The notes under the pieces: model-generated
Database searches by the model: none
Seen by the model: only the letters and a program-made list of their open reading frames with translations
Told to the model about the DNA's origin: nothing
NCBI GenBank assembly: GCA_051362555.1
Contig: CM120640.1
Span: 36,227,967 to 36,291,966 of the forward strand
From: Lingula anatina
Taxonomy: Eukaryota; Animalia; Brachiopoda
Length of the DNA: 64,000 nt
Direction: 5' to 3'
Shown here: piece after piece, positions 1 to 29,385 of the stretch
Position numbering within the stretch: position 1 is the stretch's first letter
How the letters are laid out: the number at the start of each line of letters is the position of its first letter
Translations under genes and position numbers: made by a program

Positions 1-410
1 ATGATCAATCATTCTAGTAAACTATTTGCAATTTGCCAAGAGGAATTATACAAAGATGATAATGAGCGTATATGTCAAAACAGAAAGTCAGTGAGAGTGC
101 ACTTGTATCAGGTTGGCCACATGTCAAATAAAATACTGTGAAGAGCTTTTGCCAGGACAACACAAGTGCAAGGAAAAATTTGCCAACTGGATCAGAAGGT
201 TATATCTAAGTGTTCAACAATGCCCTACTTTGTTCTAATACTTTACATCAACTGTCCTAGCAGATGGACTAATGGATTTCAAGCTAAACATTTTTTAACT
301 GACAGCCACATTAAAATAAAACTCAAAACACATCCTTGTCAAGTGTATTGCCCTACATTTTCAGATAGCAATAACACTGAAAAATGTAAATGCTCATGCT
401 GATCATTTAC

Positions 411-16748
<16,338 letters not shown>

Positions 16749-17120
16749 ATCAGTAATTCACTCGTAGTGTTACGAGCTTTTGTTCAAATGACCGGCTGAC
16801 TTCCGAGAGCAAATTGACCTACATCCGGGTTTCCTTACAGCATGTGAGAGTCTCAAAATTGCTGCAATACTACCATAGAGACAATGCCAATCACAATGTG
16901 TAGACCATGTATCATATCATTTACATATGCTTATGATTTAAGTCCCCAATTGCTGCTTTTGTGTCCTACGAAGACTAGTGGTTTGCAATGAATTATGGGT
17001 AATAAATCCAAAATGGCGGGCAGGGTGGCAGGTTTGCTATGAGCACATTGGAAATTCGGTTTTCGGCATAATCTAAGACCCTGGCAAACTTTAGAGAGTC
17101 GCTGTAAGAGGGAACTGAAG
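16749..17120. promoter_or_regulatory. Bidirectional promoter and non-coding first exon shared by the CECR2-like and QSER1-like genes
   Basis: Locally CpG-rich. ETS-like ACTTCCG (~16799) and ACATCCGG (~16821); YY1-like CAAAATGGCGG (17009-17019). A + strand donor GAAG|GTATCG at 17120/17121 pairs with the acceptor TTTTGAACAG at 17600. The CECR2 ATG is at 16748 on the minus strand. Confidence 0.7.
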
Positions 17121-17660
17121 GTATCGTAAGAATGTATACTGCGTCATTTTAAACTACCGATCGTTGAGCATTTTAATGCACGGGACAAAAATGAATGGTT
17201 GTTTACGTCTGGCTTATTTGGGTCAGGCCCATGAGACCTACGGCTTCTGTTCATTTTGCATTTTGAGTCGTGATAAAGTGACCACCTCTTGGATCTGGAA
17301 CTTGCGAAATAAGAAAAAAATGCTTCAGACGTAATCGCTTTCTGCTGATTAAATTAAAGCTGAAGCAGTGGCCAGTAACCGTCTAAATCTACATTTTTCT
17401 AGCCCAGTTGTACTGCTAGTTTTACTTGCATTTGGCAACGTTTTGTGCATTTAAAATCTTATCAGTATAACAGCTGCCTGTATATTCGGGGTCTGATGAT
17501 AGTACAATTTGATTAAAACATCTTGTGGAAAAGGTACAAGATAAAAAAATTAGTTGACTTTTGTTGTTAATAAAGCATAATATTATTCTGTTTTGAACAG
17601 GTTCTGTGGCAGACAGCCTAGTTGTTGACTTGTTCAGTCGTAGGTTATCAGTGCTGTGGC

Positions 17661-20600
17661 ATGGACCCTCACTGGAATGCAGCCTACGGGAGACTGCCTC
17701 ATGGGACCAGCATACCTACCAATCCAAACCCACTTAGTAGATATGATCTATTAGAACAGTCAGCCTTAACAGGTAAATTCAGGTGTTAGATTTTATGTAC
17801 AATACCAGATGGTCATGTTAGATTTTTTCTCTGGATATTGTTGCAAATGGATTGTACTCACTGATTTCAATTTCCCAGTTTCCTACTCCCATGGCATGTA
17901 GTTAAAATGGTTCATTTGCAAAAAAAATAAATAAATAAAATTAAATAATAAATTATAATAATAAATAAATAAAAATAAATGAATATATAAAATGAAATAA
18001 ATTTTGAAAAATAAAATAAAGATATTAAATAAATAAATAAATAAATATGAATAAATAGATAAAAGTGAGCCTTTTTAACATGCTTCTTCTATACCCATTT
18101 AAGCTTTGTCTCTACTTTCCAGGCCTAGGGTTATCTCCTCCGCTTCCAGCTCATTCTAGTCATCCTCAGGCTCGGGGATTTGGGGGTCTACCTAACTATG
18201 GTCATCATATACCTGCTCCTGTTGGTCACCACCAACTGCTGGACTCAGCCTTTGCTCAGGGGTTTGTTGGTCAGTCGCCCTATAAAACTGTACCTGTTGG
18301 TCAGCCAGGATATGGCCTTGACTCATCCAGGTCATTGTCGGAGCACACAGCAAGGTGAAAGATTGCCTCTTTGTTTATTTAAATGAACAATGATTGTCAT
18401 TTGTGTAGTTAAAACAGTTTGAAATATGAAAAAAACTTAAATATAACCGAACTTTCCTGTCTGCCCATTGAGGTACAAATTTAGAGAGACATGCTTTCTG
18501 CTTTTGGCCCTGAACATTATGCATTTTCATTTTTTTCTCCACAGGGCTCCCAGCAGCAGTATTCAGATGTCAAAGTCGGTGTTCAAGGAAACTTTTCCAT
18601 CCAGCTCCTCTGCCATAACGCAAGCCTCAGAGGCCTCAAAGGGATGGAGTCTCTCAAACTTCCTACCACAGCCTTCCACCCCTTTCAGCCTTGCTACAGA
18701 ACTGGTGCCCCCTGGTTACCCCAATGTTAACCCACCACCTGCTCACTCAGGCATGCTAAAACAGACCAATGCTCAGCCCACTATTCTGCACATCAGTGAT
18801 GCCTCTCTCTTGTCCTATGCAGACACACTAATTGCTCAGAGTAAAGTCTCTGGTGATGAGCCAGCAGAGAATCATCAGGTAAAAGGAGGGTTTATAGAGC
18901 AGGGAGCGACTAAGTCGACGTATGCAGACAACCAGGGACAATCGCGTGGCCAGTTCGCAGACTCGGTGAAAGGGGTAGTTGGTGATCATGGTTTTACCAG
19001 GACAGATTCTGTTTTTTCAAAAACTGGCTATTTAGAAAAACAGCTGCAACATGACCTGTACGGCCGTCAAGGGAAGGAGTTGTATATTCAGCAGCAAGGA
19101 CTGGGATCGTACGGTGACTTCAAGCCCAGCTTTACTGATACGTATACTAATCCTATCAAAGAGTATTCTCAGCCATCCCCTTCCATGCAGTCACCCCAGC
19201 CTAACTCTCCGTATGTGAATACCGAGGTCAGACCGAGGAGTTCATCCTTTTCAGAGCCTCATAAGGAAAGTGGGATCAGTGACTCCCCGTCAAACACTGT
19301 CTACTCGGATCCTTCAGGAAGATACCACAGCAGCTATGATATTCCATCAACAGCATCAAGTTACAACTCTTACAGTCATTCTCCCTCTGTGTACTCATCT
19401 TCAGTGATCACCAGCAGTATGAGTGACAGGTATGACAGTGTCAGCCCCCCAGAAAGACCTGTGACTGACTCTCGATCCACTGAGCAAGATCAGTACAATA
19501 ATGACCGTGTTATGTTACAACAGCAGCAAGCATCATCAGTCAGCAGGAAGAGTCGCAAACAGTCAGAGAACTTAGTCATGCAGACCAGTCAACAGAGGCA
19601 GGCTGTAGACCCCGTCATGGCCTTCAATCAAGTTTTGCAGGCGTCAGTGATAACTGAGCCTAAAAGACCTTTGAGTTCTTCAGTTATGCCAACCCCAAGT
19701 TCTAACATCTCTGCACCTCCTCAGCACAGCCCACAGAGGTCTTCAAGTCACAGTAGCCCTTTGAATGTAGGGAGTCCATCTATCCATCAGTCCCAGCAAC
19801 AACAACAACAACAACAACAGCAGTCACAGCAGCAGCATTATCCAATTAAGAACATGGCCTCGTCTACAGTGATTCAGCAACAGACTGTGGTGCCTGTCCA
19901 AGCGGTGCCAGACTCCACCACTTCTAAACCAGCAGCTAAACCAAAGAGAAGTAGGAAGAAGAAGACTGCTGCTGCAATTGTAAGTGAGAGCAAGAGCTAC
20001 GTCCCCGTACAGCCTGTTGCCCCAATGCCAGCCATGATTCAGCCTACTGTAAGAGGGCAGGACATGGTTCCGATTCCTCCCCTGCAGCAGATGCATACTG
20101 ACAGTGCCCAGGTGATGACTGTAGAGCCTCTACATCATCAAGCTGTGTCGGCTCCTCGGGTTCAAATTCAACACTCCCACCAGCCTGCTGCTACAATAGC
20201 TCAAAGCACTATAGACATGCAGACATTTGCCTCTCTGCAAGCACCCTCTCAACCAGAGCGAGATCTTCAAGTGCCGTCATCACAGGACTTTGCCTCCACT
20301 AGTGAAGCTATGGCAATGTACATGACCAGTACATTTGGGACTGGCTTTGTTAACCCTAATGATATTTTGGCAGAGAACATGCCCCTGGTGGTACAGAATG
20401 AACCTCAGTTGGTATCAGAGGAAGGTCAGGGGTCCATCATGAGCCTGGACTCTCAACTTGACTATACAGCTGCAGGGAACAGGTTACCAACTGGTGCACC
20501 TAAACGCAAACCTGGTAAGACAAAAGCGGAAAAGAAACTCATGCCTGCCACCACTTCACAGATCTGCAAGGATGATGACTTTGATGATGAATTTGCTCAC

Positions 20601-23600
20601 TTGAAATCTGACCCATTGGGACCAAGCACTCATTCTGCTCAAAGCTCCAGTACCAGTCATTTTAATAGAACTCAACCAAATAACAATACAGGAAACCCTA
20701 GTCATATTGTTCCCACCCCACCCAAAATTGCCAAAATGCCACAGACTGCATTTCAAGATTCCTTCCTTGGGTTTCTACAGGGTAAAAAACCAGAGACGCT
20801 CTCTAGTGTAACTACAAGTGCTGTGGTAAAGAAGCCTCAGTTACCCAAGTATATCCCCATGGAGACCCCACGTCCACAGCCTCAGGTGCCAAAAAATAAA
20901 AAGAGGCAGGACAGTGGAGATGGCAGGGCTTTTTCAGATGACGATGATTCCTCCCAAGACAGTAGTTCCAAAGATATTTTTAAGACAGTACAGACTGTTA
21001 TCTCAAATATCAGTGATTCAGACTCCAAGGACGAAAGCAGTGCAGCTGTTATAGACCCATTTAAGGGCAGTATTTTAAAACAAATCAAGCAACAGAGGAG
21101 TAAAAAGAGGAAAAAGCAGAATAAGAAAATGGTGACAGAGGTGGTGTCTTTGGGAAGTGGTGATGAGGAGGTTGGGGCTGTTGAACCAGGGCGTGAACCA
21201 TCTCCCCTCCCTAGAAGGGAGTCTCTAAAGAGAAGTGCAAAAGTTAAGCTGGAGGAAAAAAGGAAGAAGAGACATGAAAAAAGCAGTAGTAAGTTCTTTT
21301 AGTGAATATGAATAGCACTGCAAATTCTAACAAAATAAATCGATAATTTGCCCTTGAAGTTAAACATGGTTTTGTTACTAATGCTTCAAACTGTTGATTT
21401 TATATTTCTAAGAAATTAGTTAGCTTTCTGTCAAAAGTTACATTTTATGAAGTAACTAAAGATAAATCTTGAATAGGTAAAGTATGGGAGTGAGTGAGAC
21501 TTGAAAATTTGTGGTAATTAGCCTAAATTGACAAGACAAATAAATTGCTAGCATGGAAATTTAACGTCAAACATGCTGTCCATTGTTCACAGAAAAATAT
21601 AATTTTATATTAATAGTCATACATTGATTACCTATTCCAGAGCGCAAAAAAACTGGAAGTGACATAGATATTTCGGATGCCTCGGAGGATGACTTCATAG
21701 CAATAACCAGTGAAGAAGAGGGTTATGATTCTGACAAGGATCCAGGATGGGCACCTGGTGGGGTAAGTAGTGCAGCATGGTATCTGTGTGCGTGCGTGTG
21801 TGCGTGCGTGTGTGTGTGTGTGTGCTCGTGTGCATACATGAAAGCATTGTGTGCTTTAAGTGGTGTATAGCAAATAGAGAAATTATTTCATGTTTATTTG
21901 GCTTGTTGAGAATAACATGTCATAATGCTAGTTTTTCCGTTCCTTCAGGGAGAAGCTGTGCCCAGGTATGGATCTGACTCTGATGATGATATGAAGGATA
22001 AGAAGAGAGGAAGAAGGGGTAGAGGAAGAGGAACAGCAGCCAAATCCAGGGTACAGTCAGTATTTCATGTGTCAGAACAGATACCACAGGAAAAGGTGAT
22101 TGATATTTCTGACAGTGAAGAATCAACTGGAAATCCAGTGCATCACTTTCAGGTAACATTTATCAGAATTTTATTTTCATAGACTTTTTTCTTCTGGATA
22201 GAAACTATTCCCTCAAATCTTTGTAAGTTAAGAAATTACAATACAAAAAAGCAATTAAAAACATTCTTCACTGTTAATACTTTGCTTATTAATTTGCTTT
22301 TCACACAGATATGCTTGTTTTGATACTTTCACAAAAGATTTGAAATATTGTGTTGTTCATTTTCAGAGGGGAGAGTTTGTTATCAAAATAAAGGATTTGA
22401 CCAATTACAAGAACTTCCCCATCTGGAAGATTGATTCCAAGAAACTTTTACAGAAATACATAGCTGTTCAGGACCACGGAAAATTAGTGCACAAATCTCT
22501 GTCCACAGTGAGTGTAAATCTTTTCTTGTTTGATATTTTCAGAGGCATCCCAAACAGCATAATAACATCATTACATACTTTGTATGGTAAAATACTATTG
22601 CTTGTTTGTTATCCATGGCTTGTGGCTGCATTGGTCCAAATGCCATAGCAGCCTCCAGTTTTTCAGGAATATTTGAAATAGACTACTTGTAACTTCTAAA
22701 CATAAACATTCATGTCAGAAATTAGGAAAGATGGTAACAAGAAACTAAGAATGATGCAGCTTGCAATAAAATAAAACATAATAAGTAAAGTGTTTGGTAT
22801 TTGTAAAGAATACCATTATCATTATCATCATCATGATATATAATATTATTATTATATCCAGTACTCCAGTTGGTCTGATGCTGTCAGGGACAACTACAAA
22901 CCCATCCAGGTGCATTACTTGGCCCAGGGCAAGGGCTACGAACTGGTAGAGGTACTGGAACAGTTTCAGCCTAAAGATCCAGCTATGTACGTATATATGT
23001 TACATGATTTATGTTTAAATGCTGTAATATTTGGTTAGTTTTATAAATGTCCATGATTATTTGATGGAACCATGTTTGGATAACATTTACATTGCTGTAA
23101 TGTTTTCATGCATTTGAAGGTAATAGATAATGACAATTGGTCACATATGGCATAATACTACCTTTGGGACTGGGATGTTTGGTAAGATATATGCATATTT
23201 TTAATATTCATGGCAATTTAACTTATATGCTTTCATGAGAACTAACTATTTTCTAGGTCTGCTGCTGTGAATGAAGAGGATCCTTTTCTTGAAAATTTCA
23301 ACACTTACCTACAAATACTGCTAAGTCAGGCATTGGAAGAAAATTTTATAAGTGCAATGATAGAGGAGAATGGTAAGTACATTATTGATCAATATATGAA
23401 TTCACTCCATTTAAAATGATTTACCTTCTGGTTTTAGTGGATACCGATTTGACTGCATTGTCTGATTAAAATTGGAAAATCTGCAGTAAACTGTTCCCTG
23501 GCAATTTGTTTAATCTATCAGTTTATTGGTTAAAGTGGCAAGAGAGAATGTTTATGAAATGAAATGGATTTATAAGTATACTCATTTGACTACATTTTAT

Positions 23601-25500
23601 AATGAAATAATATAAAATAATGAGAGTAAGTTGAAATCATGATAATAAGTATATTTATATTTATATGCACAGATCCTTTCTACTTGGACCCTCTTAATGC
23701 AATAGATGAGATGTTAGAGAAAACAAAGAAATCTGTACAATCTCAGCTCAATTGGAAAGATACTTTCAAGGTAAGTAGCAAATAATCAAAAAGATTTGAT
23801 CTGGAAAAATGCTCATACAGCTGAAAAAAAGGTAGAACTATGATCAGCTGGCATTAACAGGGGGTATGCAATATCCTTCAGACATGGATAGTATTTGATA
23901 GAATTTGGTTAGACTTGAATCTGTGCATAGTTTTCAAGACATAATGTTATTGAACTAGTTGTTGTCATGTACAATGTGATCGTTTCTGTCATTTCAGAGA
24001 GCAGTAGAATGGAGGCCATATTTGAGTTTTACAGACACACAGGCTAAAGGGCAACACTGTCAGGTAGGGGGATTCCAACCTCTAGTATACTGAACAAAAT
24101 CTGCTAATATCAAACTCAATCTTTAATTCACTCCTATTTTCAACTTGGTTAACATTTCTTACATGACAGGTTTTTTTTTCTGTTGTTAACTGAAATGATT
24201 CTCATACAAGAAGTGGAATCAGGTCTGAAATTGTTGGCTGTTTGTTCAGTTTGTTAGATTTTTTGGACCTGTACAGATTGTTATTCAGTTCTAATGTCTA
24301 ATATTGTTGTTTTCCAACTGCCAATGTAAATTCCCTGAGCAACAGTATATTTGCCATAGATAAAACATAAACATTCAATATTGCATGAGGGTGAGCACAT
24401 CTATCAACTTCACTAGAGATCGCCTTTAGTTCCTACTTCTACCTTCAGGCATGTGAAGATCTTCACACCCCAGCTGTCAAGATGGTGGAGTTGTATGGGG
24501 AGTCTTACAACAGGAAAACACTTCAGGTCATACCAAACAGTACTAAACATAAAGAGGTACCTGGAGACTTATATTAGACTATATTTTGCTTTTATCCTTC
24601 TCTTTTCTTTCTTTTTTTTTTTTCTCTTATGCAGTGAAGACTTGTCTCAGTTTGTAAATTGCCAATGTGAGATGTATTTTTTTGCTTGAAATTTAATGAA
24701 TAAAGTAAAAAAAAGTTAAAAAAAAAAAGAATTTTGTAATTATTCTTTGATGCCACTAAATCAGTTTTTAACTTTTTCCACAGTTTTATATTGGACAGCA
24801 AGCCTCCAGATGTCTTTCAGTGTATCACGGGCTGCATCATTTCAAGTTTGCTCTTTTTAAGAGATGTGCTGCTAAAGTAAGCAAAACTAATTTGAGAAAC
24901 ATTGTCTTACTAAAACTACATTGTGTTTTGAAGTAAATCAAGACCCCAGTATTTCTTGTATATAGCATGAATTTTTTCAAAGAAATGTGGATTCATAACT
25001 TATTACCATATTTTCTTCTTTGGGTACTTTCATTAAAGAACATATATGCAGTGTGTTATTCAGAATAAATATTTTCACGCCTCGTCTCTACAGATCCAGG
25101 TGATTCGTGATACCAACAACAAGTCCCTAGAGGGCGCAGAAGTGCTGGACCAACTGTTAATGAACAGAACTTGGGTGCTACAAGTAAGAGTAGCTAAATT
25201 ATCCTATGCCTTTACCAATCCTGTATTATCTAAACATGGTCGTGTTCTGTTATTTGTGTGATGAATTGCAATAATTTGTACATTCTCCAGTATTATATAA
25301 TCAACGTTTTTGTATTGCCATTTGATTGAATCTTTTGACTAATTTCGTGATCATGTTAGAAATATGATATGAAAGAGAGTAGTGTGAACTGTATTGGCTG
25401 TCAACTGTCAGTATCTCATTTCTTTTTCTGTTTTCAGTTATTCTCAGATCTGAAGAAACTCCTGAGTGATGCAGACGCATTTCAAAGGGGTTCTTTGTAG
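17661..25500 (+). CDS. QSER1: Glutamine/serine-rich protein 1 / PRR12-like protein with C-terminal DUF4211 domain (about 1437 aa)
   Basis: 14 phase-compatible coding exons: 17661-17772, 18123-18354, 18545-21288, 21641-21762, 21949-22152, 22367-22507, 22862-22986, 23257-23372, 23673-23770, 23998-24063, 24449-24556, 24784-24876, 25094-25183, 25438-25500 (TAG). One large Q/S/P-rich exon carries the FQDSFLGFLQG motif. The C-terminus has FNTYLQILLSQALEENF, LYGESYNRKTL and VYHGLHHFKFALFKRC, typical of the QSER1/PRR12 C-terminal domain. Confidence 0.88.
17921..18064. repeat. Degenerate (AAAT)n low-complexity tract
   Basis: Almost pure A/T with AAAT/AAATA units, inside an intron. Confidence 0.9.
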
Positions 25501-26680
25501 CACAGAAACATGGACACTCCAACCCAATGCATTGTCCAAGGCTCAATTTGTAACTTACACTCAACTTCTGGAGCTTAAACTTGGCATGGAATAGCTATTG
25601 ATTTATATAGGCCTGAAAATACGGGTATGAATAAGATTGCTGAAAAAGACATCCAGGAAACTACTACCAAACTGTTGACGTGAAACAGAATATCACTGGC
25701 ATCACAGAAGCGAATTGTCGTGGTTGTGGAGAAATTTTGCAAAATATTTTGGATATTTGTAGAACCAGAAGTTCCCAACAGAAAAGGGAATGCATTTGGA
25801 GTCATTATTTTAATTTGCAATGGGGAAGCTCATTGTATCATTTCATTATCCATAATTGTTGTTAATGTGTTTTTTTAGTTACTGATAAACTAAGAAGTTT
25901 GAGAAATTAGCCCAGATTTAATCTATGCCTTATGTTAAGATAACATGAAATTGAGAAAGGCAAGAGATCATGTATTAGCTTAATACTTAATAGGGGCAGG
26001 TCTTTGTTTTGAAAACCTTCAATCAGTCCCGTCTAAGAGCCAGTCATGTTGAATTAATTTTTTTACCTTATGTTGAAGGGACTTTGTAATTTTTTTTTTT
26101 TTGCAAAGGTCATGGTATCATAGTATAAATTTGAAATTTGTTTTTGATATGTAGTTTTTATCAGTCGTAAATGGGTAAAAATGTTTTTCCCTATAACACC
26201 TAGATTTTCTGACAGTTATGATTATGTAGACACTATTTCTCATGTGTTTATGTGAATAAGGGGATTTAGAAAAGTTACTCCATGCAATATGCTATTCAAC
26301 TACAACCAACCGTGTAATGGTTTTCTGTGTGGGAACTTTAACCCCCAATTTCTTGTGTCTGGATGCAAAATTAATGGTTCTAGTATTACACGATGACCTT
26401 ACAGTATACTGTGATGTAAAATGTCATACAGAAAAAATACAGCTTATAAATCTGTTTTTGTCTTGTCTATTCCTCTGTGCTTAATAATGTCGAAAAAGTA
26501 AATGAATTTAACTCAATAAAGGTATGCTTTCCAGTGTTTGAAATCCCCCCCCCCAAAGTCATGTTCTTTTTTTCGCATCAACACATCCAGAAAAGCTTCT
26601 TATCTTTCCTAATTCAAACTTCAAAAATTGATTACTCTTACTACCTAGGCGAGACACCTACATCCTTATCAAACACTATC

Positions 26681-26822
26681 TTTTCTCATAATAAAGGTGA
26701 GTCAACTCCAAGCAAATAAAAGAACCTGATGTTGATATTTTCTTCTCTATGTTTTCTCATAATAAAGGCGAGTAAACTCCAAACAAATAAAAGAACCTGA
26801 TGTTGATATTTCCTTCTTTAAT
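26681..26822. repeat. 71-bp tandem duplication
   Basis: TTTTCTCATAATAAAGG...AAGAACCTGATGTTGATATTT occurs at 26681 and again at 26752. Confidence 0.9.
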
Positions 26823-27049
26823 GTAGCGAAAGACATGGCTATCCATAGAATCTATATAAAAAGAAAATAATGATGCACAAAATAGGTAATTTTGTCAATT
26901 ACGGTGCAAAAATACATTATGCTTTGACAGCAAAATCACCAAATTTTAATTATATGCAACAGGTAACACAGACATAAGAAATATGTAACAAGCATGAGGC
27001 TGCAGGCTCATTAGAGTTCAAATTCACACATTGGAAATGCTAGAATGAG

Positions 27050-27299
27050 ATAAAATGAAAATTTCGCAAAAAATTGCCCTAAATTCCAAATGAGAAACAC
27101 GGCCCACCAAGCTGATTTTCAAACTAGACTTGTATTATATGAATATTCATCAGCTCTGCAAGTATGAACACAATAGGTCAAACAGATTTCCTCTTATGTT
27201 GTAACTGAAAGTACATGGCAACAACAATGACAACAACGATGGTGACAACCGACACGTGATAGTTATATGTACAGACATGATGAGTCTGTACATAAAAAT
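27050..27299 (+). mobile_element. Helentron/HINE-like non-autonomous element, 3' end (same family as 53601-54713)
   Basis: Shares CTGATTTTC.AACT.GAC and TATGAATATTCATCAG, a (GAC/AAC)n microsatellite, and the terminal hairpin TATGTACAGAC...GTCTGTACATA followed by an A run. The left boundary is approximate. Confidence 0.7.
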
Positions 27300-27819
27300 T
27301 CATTGCAAAGGGGTTTACGACAGGGAGACCCCTTGTCCCCATATTTTTTCATTCCTTGTTTAGAAATTTTCTCGGCCACATTTAAGATAGACCCTGATGT
27401 AAACGGAATCAATATAAACAATATGGAGTTTCTTATTACGTCTTATGCAGATGATATAACTCTTATACTGGAAGATGATGAGTTCTCCTTGAACAAGGTC
27501 CTCTACCTAATCGCTACATTCTCTGAATGCTCGGGCCTGAGAGCCAATTTTGAAAAAAACCGAAGCAAAATGGATTGGGGCCAAGAGAGGATGTTATGAA
27601 AAAATCAAAACTGAAAAAGAAATAAAATGGAATCATGAAGGCGCATTTAAGTTACTTGGTATAAAATACATATTGAAAAAAATTAACCATTGTGAAATGA
27701 ACTTTTTAGAAAAAATTGAAAAACTGAAAGTTTGGTCCTTGAGAAATCTTTAAATAATAGGAAAGGTAACAGTGGTTAAAACTTTAATATTTCCCATCTT
27801 TACTGCCCTGCCCCCCCCC

Positions 27820-27860
<41 letters not shown>

Positions 27861-29146
27861 ACCATATCTTTAAAACTATGTATACAATTACCATATTTAA
27901 CTTTATCTGGAATGGGAAAAGAGACAAAATAAAACGAGCAACAACAGTGTCTGATTACGAAAACGGAGGGCTTAAGGTACCACAAATAAAAGTTTTTACA
28001 AAGGCACTAAAACTTTCATGGCTAAAAAGACTTTTGGATGAAGAAAACGAAAGTAAGTGGAGAGCACTTTTTCTCAGTGAACTGTCAGGAATTGGGGGTG
28101 ATAAAATATGGACTTTGACAAAAGGTGGATTAAAAACACTACAAATAACTAATAATCCCTTTTGGCAAAATGTTATTGATTCTTTGGGTGAAATTCAGGA
28201 AAAACAAAGTTTAACCCCAGAAGAAATCCTTTCTCAACCATTATGGAAAAACTCAAAAAATTAAAATAAATGAAAAATCTTCCATAAAAGATGGTGTAAA
28301 AATGGTATTTTCTACATTGATGATATTAAAAATAATGTTGGAAATTTCCTCTCTCTAGAGGAACTCAACGAAAAATTCAACCTAAAGGTCAACTTTCTAG
28401 AATACTTGAGTATTCAAAAGAGCCTACCATCGGAATGGCTTAAAACTATCTCTACTCATGGAAGAAAATTACACATCATATCCCACAAAATAATTGACTC
28501 GATTAAAAAAGTTACCAAACTATCCAGATATTTTTACAGAAAATTCCTCCAAGGCCATACTATATCACCAAATAAAAGTATAGGTAAATGGCACCAGAAT
28601 ATTAAAAAATCCTTAAGTAATGATGATTGGCAACTAATATTTAGATTTCCCTTCCAAGAAACAGATGACATGAAACTGTAGATGCTTCAATTTAGAATAA
28701 ATCACAGAATATTCAGTACCAATGTCTATCTTATGAAATTTTTTAAAAGAGAATCAGAACAGTGTGAATTTTGCAATGCTGCTTGGGAAATTATTCTTCA
28801 CGTTTTCTGGAATTGCCCACATGTTCTGGGTACAGAATGTTTGGATGTGTGTCATTTGTTCCGTAAAAGATAATTTAGGTGTGGTCATTGAGAGATCTCC
28901 TGAGATTTTTATATTTGGGCTTGTGCAAGCCTATGATATAAAAGTTTTTTTTCACTTATCTTAATAATTCAGAAATATGTTAGTATATGTAGAACGAGAA
29001 CAGAAATCCCAACATGGGAAGGAACTAGACAATATGTTAAATACTACAGATTCTGAAATATTTGTTTAATATATTCTTTATGTATACCGACAAAAAAACA
29101 TTTTAAAAGAAAATGGGAAAATATTGATTGCATATTACAACTGAAT
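27300..29146 (+). pseudogene. 5'-truncated, frameshifted L1/Tx1-clade LINE ORF2 (reverse transcriptase and C-terminal Cys domain)
   Basis: RGLRQGDPLSPYFF, YADDIT, FSECSGLRAN, FNFIWNGKRDKIKR...GGLKVP, NPFWQNV, SQPLW, LQFRINHRI and CEFC...ILHVFWNC appear across successive frames with stops and frameshifts. Confidence 0.92.
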
Positions 29147-29385
29147 TGACAAGCAACCAGCTAAGGATATACCTCTTAGTATTTCAATTGAAAGGTTAAC
29201 AACATGAATTGTCAATCTCTATTTCTACCCTTATATGCAATACTGTAATTGTACAACCTTTTTTATACCGAGAGAGAGAGTACAAGTATGTAGGTGTATG
29301 AGTGTGTGTGATTCATAAGCCAAAAATTGTAAGATTGTATATTTATTTGCTACTGAAAAAAAATTAATTGGAATTTGTATAAAAT

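Noticed and set aside
18468-18544. N-terminus of the 944-aa ORF as a protein start
   Set aside because: It begins at a non-ATG codon inside an intron. The exon starts after the acceptor at 18544.
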